Positions 48,701 to 58,180 of a stretch of 64,000 nucleotides of DNA are shown here, in pieces. The stretch is from Obrimoposthia wandeli (taxonomy: Eukaryota): the NCBI GenBank assembly GCA_977020255.1, contig CDROCS010001915.1:124001-188000 (forward strand). The letters run 5' to 3'. Below the pieces are notes generated by a model that did not search any database, was not told where the DNA came from, and saw only the letters and a program-made list of their open reading frames with translations. Numbering within the stretch: position 1 is the stretch's first letter; each line of letters opens with the position of its first letter. Made by a program: the position numbers and the translations under genes.

Positions 48701-51700
48701 TCAGATCCTTCCGGTGGTGGATTTAATACTAAAGTGTTGAGGAATTGAAAGCAGAAAATAAGGGAGATAATTGTTGTAAAGATATTAAAGCATTTTTTTG
48801 GTGGAATCGATACAATGAAAACATTCGGGATAAAGCTGCAAGAAGTATGCTATTTGGACTCGCGTTACATGATGTAAAAGTTTTCCCCGAAAGAAAGAAT
48901 ATATGCGTTATAATGATGAGTTTGCAAAAATATTTATGTGATCTAAATTTGATTTAGGATATATCGAAATTGTCTCCCATAAAATGGAGACTATTGATGA
49001 TCCCATTTATCAAAATCTCAAACGACAAGCAATACATTTAGAAAACCAAGTTGATGAAATGATTAAAAATTTACTCAAAATAAACGTAATTAAACGTAAT
49101 AATAAACGTGAAATTCCTTGGAACTCGCTACTGGTCATGTGAAGAAACGAGACATTGAAACCATTGTTCATTTGAACTTTTGAAAGCTATTAATAAAACA
49201 AGTGTTGATACAATTATTAAGAATTATTTTAGAATTCAAACAATTTTTTGACTTAATTTTTGAGTAAATGTACGCATTAAAGTCAATGATAATTTAGTGA
49301 CTTTCATTGGCATTCTTTCTGTTTTATCACTAATTTAAAATTTGGTAGTTGAAATCATACTTTTTGTGAAATTCCATATAATTAACTAAAATACATTTAT
49401 AATATTTGTATAAATTAATTTTTCACCCTCTAAATCAATATTAATTATGCCCCTAATCCGATTCTTAATATTGTACTAGTTTGTTGAATTCATTTCTGTA
49501 AGTTCAATATATTTAATAATAATGTTTGAACTTCTAAGGCAGAATAAATGAATTATTAGAAACGTATTGAATATATAATTTTATGTTTGATAAATAAATA
49601 AATATTTCTAGCAATATTTAAAACAAACGCAGACTGGAAGATTTCAATTGACAAACATACAAAAATACAAAAATCTTATATTTAGGAAACGTACAATATC
49701 AAATATTTTAATAGTAAAAGTATTATTCAAATTTATTAATGACATGTAAGTTTTCACATTAATTTTTTAGTCTATAATTTAATAATTCACACTAAAATCA
49801 AAGAATATCGTATGACTTTATATAGAATTAAAATGTTTTGACCTAATTTATATTCTTGTTTTTAATTTTAAAATATTTTTTTTACACAAAATGTTGCATT
49901 GTTTTTACTTTTGATTCTTATTTGGAATATAGAAATTTGAAACGCTCGTAGCGAATCTTATTGAAATGAAATATTTAAATTGAGTCAATGCATTTGTGGT
50001 ATTAGATCATGTACCTGAACATTCATTGCCAAAATTTTATGTTATTTTTAATTTTAATCGTTGAGTTATGGAAATAATGTACTAGCAAAGAAGATAAAAT
50101 CAACAGACAGCAAACTTTCCAACAAAATATGAGTCGTTCTTTAAATTCAGATAAATGTTAATACAATTTAATGTAAGCAATTAATTTTTTGTTATCTCCT
50201 TAACCGAGAAGTTGTTTATATAGTACAACGACACTCCGACAGTTTTAGTTAGCATTTTATATTGAATATCTATATATGTAGCTGCGAAGATTATGTTTTC
50301 CAGTCGGGTTAAAAAATAATAAATTTCTGATATGGTTGGGGATTCCTATCAGTTATTCTGGGATCCCCAATGCGAGTTCTATAACGATAACGTCATCCTT
50401 TAGCAGCCGGGACTCATCAAAAACAATTTTTCACTGAGTAATAAAACTCCGATGGATCTAAAATTTGGCAAGCAAGTTGTGATCGATGTCTGGCCACCAT
50501 TTCCAAAGTTTGTTCACACATATTTAATCCTTCCGGAGATATTCTCCCGCAAAGCAGCTTCTACCAGCATTTATACATTTCTGAAAGTACATTTTATTAA
50601 GGGATCTGTGTGTTCACGGAGTCTTTTGGAGTGATTTTCAAAATGGTAAAAAGGATTTTATCGCTTTGGCCCTTACCCACAAAGAATACTTCGTTAATTG
50701 TTAATATTTTATTTAAATACCATTTTCAAAATATCGTACTCGGTATGATTTAAGAATCGTTTTATTTACATTTTCCTTTCTAAGCTATTTAGGATTATTA
50801 TTTCTTCAGCAAATTATAGCTACATTTTACATGCATTTTGAAAGTTGATTTTATTAATAGTAAACATAACAACATTTTTAAACTCATTTTAAACAATCTA
50901 TTTATGCAACAATTTATCAAACATGGATCGGAATTTTTTAAATCAATTTAGAGAACAGTTCAACATATATTTACAAAAAATCTATATAAATCCTTCTCGA
51001 CCAAAATGAATCCAGATGTCTGCAAATAAAGATGAGTTAAATTTCTTAGAGGGATCATTTTATATCAAAAAAGAAAATGTAAATATGTTGTTTAACAAAT
51101 ATGGTTTTTTATAAATTCGATTTTTACGATAATAAAACTTCGATTGATTGCATTTTAACAAATTAAAACATTTCTTATACTAAACTTATTCACATTTACA
51201 CAAATTTTAAATTTATATAGATTCTTATTTATATTAATACTTTTTTATTTGCAAATATCGCATGTAAACTTGATGTTGTCCAGGTCATCTTCATCATTAA
51301 CTCCACAACAGTCCTGGTGGAACCATGCATTGCAGTTGTCACAGGCAATTTGTTAATATACGATTTTCTTAATATACATTGTTATAAAAATACTTACCTA
51401 GTAGCTTTAAAGAATTTAAATTAACATACCCATTTGTTGACATTAGTGCTGGTTCTGGAACTCTGTCGCTTTGCACATATGGTGCAAAATCCTCTATCAG
51501 GACTGATTTTCTGTATTGAAATAAAATTTTTAAAAAATTGAAAAAACATTTTAATAATGTACATAAATATATGTTAATCATAAACTTACCAGAAGCTGCA
51601 ACTAATACGTCGGCTATTTGATTCCTAAGTAAGGTCATGTACCTCTCATTTGTCGAATTTTTCTCATCATAAATCATAATTTTTTTAAACATTTATAAAA

Positions 51701-52689
51701 TTTAAACACATCTAATAACATATGCGTTATAACATAAATTAAACATGAAAACGAATGCACAAACTTAACCAAATGAAAACATTTCCCATTAAAATGCAGT
51801 CAAAAGTATAAAAAAGAATATATTAAATAATTAAAAAAAATAAACTAAAACACAAAAAGGTTATAATTTTAAAAATTAAAAATCTAATTAAATTAAGAAA
51901 TAATTTTACCTTACGAAATCCGCTAACAAAAAAAAATTATTGACTACCAGTAACGGTAACAAAAACAAAATAATTTTCCGATCCATGATAAATTGTTGCG
52001 TAAATAGATTTTTAAAAATGTGGTTATGTTTACTATTAATTAAAACATCTTTCAAAATGCGTGTAAAATGCCCTCAAGGATTTACAAAAGAAATGCAATT
52101 TAAGCAGCTTAAGCATTTCAGTGGAGGATGGAGAATGAGAATAGCTCTCACTAGAGCACTCTTTGTGAAACTGTCGAATAAGCAGTATCTGTAGCAGCAA
52201 CCCGATCTTGAGAAATAGTAGCAAGAGAAGCAGTCATATTACTATGAGCTCTATCCTAGAAGATGGTCTTCTTACCACGTTGCTGGAAATGGCGAAGATG
52301 GGTGCGATGACGCGCCACAAACTCCACCCAATCAATGTCCTCCGCGGAGAGACATACTGGACAGACGTAGAAGAGTTGTCCATTGAACGTTTGCCCAAAG
52401 TAGCTTTTCATTTTCCAATCAGATTCCTTGTGACTTTCCTCAAAGCATAATTGTTTATTCATGTTGCAATTCTAGAAAAAAATTAAAATTATCAGAAAAA
52501 TATCAATAAACTTACCATTTTTAATTTCATTTATAATAGAGAGTTATTTGTTGATTGGTGCTTGCTTATATACTATTTTCAAACTAGTATTAAGCCAATC
52601 AGATTCATTCATTATTTAAACCAACCATATTCATTTATTATTTAAAACAAATCAGAATTGAAAATATTTTACTGATTAATGTAAGTAGT

Positions 52690-53178
52690 TCATTTTTCAT
52701 TAATATTTAAATAATCCAAACTAGCTGCAAAGCATTTCTTGTATGCACAATTCTCTCCGTGTTTAATATATGGACAATTGATATTTGATGAATTTAATTG
52801 TTTTAATGTTTTCGAATAATTTATCACTCTAAATTCAGGAAAATATTTATTGATTGTCTTTATCTTAGCTCCATTATCTTCATCCAAAACAAAGAAAATT
52901 GATTTGGATACATCACAACAACGTTTTATTTCCTCAGTTATTTCTTTTATCTTGAAATAACTATTACCATCAACTAGTTTTAGTCGATGGTAATGCTTAA
53001 TGAGATATCTATTTAATTTTCTTGATTTTCTATTCATCATGCCCAATATAGGTTGCATTTTAAAAACATAATGTTTAGGATAGAAGATTGCATCCACATC
53101 CATTATACATAGTTCTTTTATTACAAATTCAGTATTATTATCAATAAAAGCTTCAAAATCAATAAAATAAACAAACAT
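52690..53178 (-). CDS. Maverick DEDD/DnaQ-like accessory protein, 162 aa, intact
   Basis: FIDFEAF..VIKELCIMD N-terminal acidic motif and C-terminal CPY..HG..CAYKKC. Mirror copy at 59453..59941. Confidence 0.75.
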   Translation of the reverse strand: MFVYFIDFEAFIDNNTEFVIKELCIMDVDAIFYPKHYVFKMQPILGMMNRKSRKLNRYLIKHYHRLKLVDGNSYFKIKEITEEIKRCCDVSKSIFFVLDEDNGAKIKTINKYFPEFRVINYSKTLKQLNSSNINCPYIKHGENCAYKKCFAASLDYLNINEK

Positions 53179-53210
53179 TTTTTTATAGCAATAATTTTAT
53201 TTGATATTGT

Positions 53211-53595
53211 TTATATATATTGTTTATGCTTTAACCAAAGCAGACAGAGTTGTCCACATGACTGTGTTAAAACATTTTGATAATGTTTCTTACTAAAATG
53301 TACTTTCTTTCCAGAGTCAAGTACTGTAGATACTAATTTAGAAGGGTAATATATTCCAAAGGGGTCAAAAACAAAGATTTCATTTTCTTAAACATGTATT
53401 GCAATCCAATGTTCACCACACAAATTAGATGAATGTGTATTGATTACATATCCACCTAAACAAGTCAAAGAGAGGGATATGATCAAGACTGTAGACTCCA
53501 TTGAAACGCGAACCGAGTAGTTTTCTTCCGCTTTTTGTTATCTCGTCCGAACTAGATTATATATTAATTAATAAATTCAAACTGACTTACTTCAT
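53211..53595 (-). pseudogene. Adenain-like protease, copy 2
   Basis: Same as 14076..14459 with an additional +1 frameshift at ccctctcttt. Confidence 0.82.
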
Positions 53596-53624
53596 TTATA
53601 TATTCTTTATTTTTTTCATTCTGT

Positions 53625-54170
53625 TTATACTAGTACTGTTCCTCCCTTGGTAATTTGAACCTCAGAATCGAATACTCCATAGATTATAATATTAGTAGGA
53701 TGTTCAATTGCTTTTGAAAACTTGATTTCTACTTTCAAATTTCCCTGTTTAGGGATTTGAGCTTGATTAATATCGAAATCAGGAGAGAGAACAAATGTGA
53801 ACAGTGTATACTTGTCCTTGAAATCAGTCATTGAAATTCCAATATTAGCATCCTTATCCAAATGACCAAGATTTCTAATTAAAGATTGCACATAAGAAAA
53901 CGCATAATCATTATTTTATAAGTCATTCGTATAAGATTCTTGATAATTAATATTTCGTGCAAGTTTAATTGAACTCACATTCATGTGTCCAAATTGAGAA
54001 ACCTCATGTTTAGACTCACCTCCATAGGTAGAAGTGTTTTGGAAAGCAATTAAAAGTAAGTTTGAAAGTTGCATATCACCAAAATTCTGATCCTTGTAAT
54101 AATATAGTGCTCCCGTAGTTATAGCGTGAGAAACAAGATTATTTTTTCTAATAGTTTAACATGCATTTGG
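53625..54170 (-). pseudogene. Major capsid protein C-terminal fragment, copy 2
   Basis: Paralogue of 14489..15031 with an in-frame stop. Confidence 0.8.
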
Positions 54171-54527
54171 CTTCTCCAACCCTATTCGATGTGCAACGAG
54201 TAGCTGACATTATAGCTGACATGATTTGCAAACTGCTCGTTTTTGGATGAGACGAAATGGGTTAAGTTGAAAATAGAACAATTGCACAATAAACCCGTTA
54301 AATTATTAATTCTACTGTTTTTTTCTGAGTTAGATGAGAATTTTTAGGCATTTTGAATTTCTGAAAGTTAATCTTTATGACCACGCAGGGTTCCAATAGG
54401 AGTAGTAGAGGTTAAATTTAATAGCAAGTTTCTTGTTAATATACAACCTCAGTAGGTGGATGTGTCCGGTCTAATCCACACACCCCCTCCCCCCCGAGTA
54501 ATAAATACAGGTTCGCGAAAAATTTTG

Positions 54528-54956
54528 TTTAAATAAAGATTGAACTTGCTTATTATAAAATTCTTTTCCTAAATCAGTTTGCACATTTTGTGGAATGTCC
54601 TCTTTTAATATTTCTTTAATGGCTTCAAGCATAGCTATTGAAGACTTTGCTTTAACTGGAATTGCACGAACAAACCTGATTAATACATCAATACATGTTA
54701 AAATATATCGATATTCCTTATTAATGGAAGAATATGGGATCATCTCCATCAAATCCATTTGCCATAAATTATTAGGACCGCTGGTTTTGTAAGCTCTAGT
54801 TGGAAACCTTCTTCTCATCGGCTTGTTCAGACTGTAGGCTAACTGGTCGCTCAGCCATTTCTGCGTTTTCTTGTAATTTTGTTTTGTTCTTTTTGCTAAT
54901 TTTGAAACTCCTGTGTAGCCAATTGGATCTTTTGGATTGAACCATATCTTCTCCAT
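54528..54956 (-). pseudogene. Retroviral-like integrase of Polinton type, 3' truncated
   Basis: MEKIWFNPKDPIGYTG..KWL..AYSLNKP.RRRFP..LWQMDL..YILTCIDV..AIPVK..VQTDLGKEF. Two catalytic Asp present; the Glu region is replaced by TIR sequence. Confidence 0.9.
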
Positions 54957-55042
54957 TACAACAATTTGAATAGAAAGAAAATTTAAGTTTAGGTAAAGAA
55001 GGGCTAGCACCCATATCTTTAGCTGATTTTAGAAATAATTGT

Positions 55043-55370
55043 TTATGAACGTGTCGCAGCTATAATACTACTGATAATTGAAGCAACTACTGGAATAACA
55101 GCCCCTATAAAACCACCATTCTGTTTAAGAATAATATTTCGTTTCCTTTTTTACTTTTTACATTAGCAATATCTAGAAGAGTTTTTCTATATTTCTTTAA
55201 AATTTTTTCCGATTTCCAACTTTTACTCGACCCAAAACTATATTATACAAAACTTCCAATAAATCATCTACAACAAAGGATGGAAATGCTTTAAGAATAA
55301 TCATTCTCTTATTAGAAGAGGCTTTGACTAAAGCTTTAAAATAGGGTATGCTTCTTTGTATTTTCTTCAT
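55043..55370 (-). pseudogene. Small basic Maverick protein ending KQNGGFIGAVIPVVASII, frameshifted
   Basis: LEVLYNIVLGRV...LKKYRKTLL...ILKQNGGFIGAVIP resembles a conserved Polinton core-like protein; two frameshifts in A-runs. Confidence 0.6.
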
Positions 55371-55534
55371 TTTAATAAAAAAGGTTCAATTTAAATATTG
55401 TTTATATTCGAAGCCATTTAAGTTTTTTTTTATTTTTAACTACAGATTTGATTAATTTTTTCACTTCTTTTTTCTTAATGATTCTTTTTTTGATTTCTTA
55501 GATTACTATCAACTTTGTAAAAGGCATTGCGAAT

Positions 55535-56182
55535 TTATTTTTTATAATTGTTCTCTATTTGTTTATAAACAGTTACTCCCTTAGAATTAAATATGTCTGT
55601 TAAAACACGTAAATCATCTGGGCAAGCTTGTGTAAAGTCAATAAATATATACCCATGTGCTTGTTTAGCAGCATCGTGGAATGAATCAACTAGAAAGTTC
55701 TTATTTTGAGGAAATGCCTGTCTGGCCACAAAATCAACAACTGTTTGATCTCTAGGATTTTTAAATAAAACTAAGTAATGTACATTAAGATTTCTTGTTC
55801 TATGGTGACCTCCTTGGTGAAACAGATTTTGAGTGATAAATATAACTGTAACTTCACGATGTCTTGCAATCTTTGTAAATAAATTATTAAAGTCCGATTC
55901 CTTGTTAGCCTCCTCATACAAATATTCAATTATTATTACATCTTCTTTTTTCAATCTTTCACACCAATTTGCATCAAATCCTTCAATAAATTTTATACCC
56001 TTCAACTTGCAAACTTCTGTTTTGGTTAACCCGCTTTCCCCTCCTCCACCATGATGCCAATAAATATTTTTGAAACTAGATTTGAAAAGAGATTCATTTT
56101 GCAACAATTTACAGACGAAATGTGTCTTTCCACTTCCACTTGGGTCAACTATTTGAAATACAGCATTATTATTTAGCTCCAT
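55535..56182 (-). pseudogene. A32-like genome-packaging ATPase, open ORF but Walker motifs altered
   Basis: IVDPSGSGKT (first Gly of Walker A is Asp), VIIIEYL (Walker B altered), RHREVTVIFITQNLF and RNLNVHYLVLFKNPRD. Confidence 0.88.
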
Positions 56183-56219
56183 TGCATATACTCTTTCATT
56201 TTTAATATTGTTTATATTA

Positions 56220-56492
56220 TCATAGAAGTTTCCTTATTGAAATGTACAATGCTAGAGCTATTGTAGATGAAATACAAAAATTAATTAATGAATATTTGAC
56301 TATAAATTTATTTATTTGTGTACGATTTCTAAATTCTCGAATAACGTGTGATCTAACCAATATTTCAATGTTATCTCTTGTTATATCATTATTTTTTAAT
56401 TCTGATAAAATTTCTTTACCCCTAATTTTTCCAGAAAATATTTCATCGGCAAGCCGATTCACTTCATTGTCTCTATTTATAGTATTATTCAT
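56220..56492 (-). CDS. 90-aa protein with a hydrophobic C-terminal segment, unknown function
   Basis: Intact ATG ORF between the TBP-like and ATPase genes; partial homologue at about 33490..33630. Confidence 0.5.
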   Translation of the reverse strand: MNNTINRDNEVNRLADEIFSGKIRGKEILSELKNNDITRDNIEILVRSHVIREFRNRTQINKFIVKYSLINFCISSTIALALYISIRKLL

Positions 56493-56520
56493 TTGAAACA
56501 ATAAGTTTAAACGGGTTTGC

Positions 56521-57023
56521 TTATAGAAAAAAAGATAACAAGATGTAATAAGATATATTTTCTAAAATCAAATCAACTATGTCTGGATAATCAAAATTTT
56601 TCAATCCCAATATCATAACTTTACCACTGGAAAATATATTTACACATAGCGGTTTAAACTTCAAATAACTGAGAGCAGGAAAAATTTCTGGTTCAAACAT
56701 GCATTCTTCTTTCATTTTATCTGCAGTTTTAAAAAGATTTATCTGTTTCCCGAGATTAGCCGAAATCGTGATTGATTGTATTGCAGTGATTTGAATTCCA
56801 AATGGTAAATTGAACCCAAGCATTGGTATTTTGCATCCCATAACACGACAATTTCCTAAAGAATTCAATATGAAAATAAAATAAAAAAATAACCTGTAGG
56901 AAAAATAACAACTGTGAAATTGTCAAACTTTTCTACATATTGTCTCGGCTTCCATTCATTGAATGGTAAGTACAAAACATCATCTTCTGTTCTACCTTTA
57001 TAATTTATATTTACGAGTTTCAT
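56521..57023 (-). CDS. TBP-like (TATA-binding protein fold) protein, 154 aa, two exons
   Basis: Exon 1 56894..57023, 38-nt GT..AG intron 56856..56893, exon 2 56521..56855. Product MKLVNINYKG...WKPRQY...TVVIFPTGNCRVMGCK...IQSITISANLGKQINL...MFEPEIFPALSY..PLCVNIFSSGKVMILGLK aligns by eye with both TBP repeats. Confidence 0.8.
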
Positions 57024-57348
57024 TAGACTGAAATTGTATTCTGTAAAATCTTCTTTATATATGTCTGAACCTGCTTTTTTATTGCACGTTTCTTGTAATT
57101 ATCTTGCAAACCTATTATAATTAGATGATATATTTCTTCCAATAAATTTTGATTTTTAATATAGATTTAGTCCAATCAAATTCAATGCTTTAGTTATATT
57201 AACCAATGAGATTCATGTCTTTGTTAGAAATTAGTATAAAAGAATGCGCCATTGGAGGACAAATCACAGTAAATGCATTCATATCAAAGACAATTATCAA
57301 CAATGGATAATGTTAATAATGATAATAATTTCAGATAGCCAACGGGTA

Positions 57349-57774
57349 ATGTTTGAAGAATCGGATAAGGATATGTAGGAAGAAGTGAAACAATATTTCA
57401 AATACAAAGTCAGATTCTTGAAGAAGGCTCAACTGATTGCTTTAGTAAATCTTGTGACAATTGAAAGAAGAAAGTTCAGCTACTATCTATCAGGTATTCA
57501 AAACCCTGATTTTCAATATCTTAAACAGAAAATAGAAAAGGCAGTTCCGAATTTTACTTTCAATAAGAACGAATTTTATATCCGAGGAGCCGATGAAGCA
57601 TTTCTAGATGACTATGGAAGATATGTTGGTATTGATACGTTTCCGAAAAAGAAGCGATGGACTGTAACAATTCGACTTTATGGTTACAAGAAAGATGAAA
57701 TGGGAACAAAGTTCCTTGAAAAATCATTGAATTTGATTGAAGCATTGAATTTGATTGGACTAAATCTATATTAA
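57349..57774 (+). pseudogene. Unknown gene divergent from TBP-like, with an early TAG and its 3' end replaced by an inverted repeat
   Basis: MFEESDKDM*EEVKQYF...; matches the 34352 copy until GTK, then reads into the inverted duplicate of about 57043..57190. Confidence 0.65.
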
Positions 57775-58180
57775 AAATCAAAAATTATTGGAAGAAATAT
57801 ATCATCTAATTATAATAGGTTTGCAAGATAATTACAAGAAACGTGCAATAAAAAAGCAGGTTCAGACATATATAAAGAAGATTTTACAAAATTTTTCGCG
57901 AACCTGTATTTATTACTCGTTGATCCACCGCGGGCCCGGAGGGCACGCTTTGGCCAATTTTTTGGCCTCTCAGGACCTTAATCAAAATTTTGGGGGCATT
58001 CTGAGATTTTTAAATTTAAAGGGTGTTATATGGAGTTAATTATTTTTTGAATGTTTGGGAGGGGGGGGTCGAAAGTTTTTCTACACACCTACACGAAATT
58101 TCACTCCACACACATGCACGGTTTTAAAGGACAGTAGGGGGGAGGGGGTGTGTGGATTAGACCGGACACATCCACCTACT

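Larger units (their letters stand above)
43524..54450 (+). repeat. Chimeric cassette, copy 2
   Basis: Collinear with 1..16547 apart from indels. Ends at caacctc (equivalent to 16547), where the TIR element begins. Confidence 0.9.
54451..58180. mobile_element. Non-autonomous mini-Maverick, 3.73 kb, bounded by AGTAGGTG... TIRs
   Basis: 54451..54494 is the reverse complement of 58137..58180, and 54496..54527 of 57887..57918, so the left TIR has an internal deletion. Interior holds integrase, core-like, ATPase and TBP-like genes. No direct TSD because the flanks are inverted. Confidence 0.82.
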
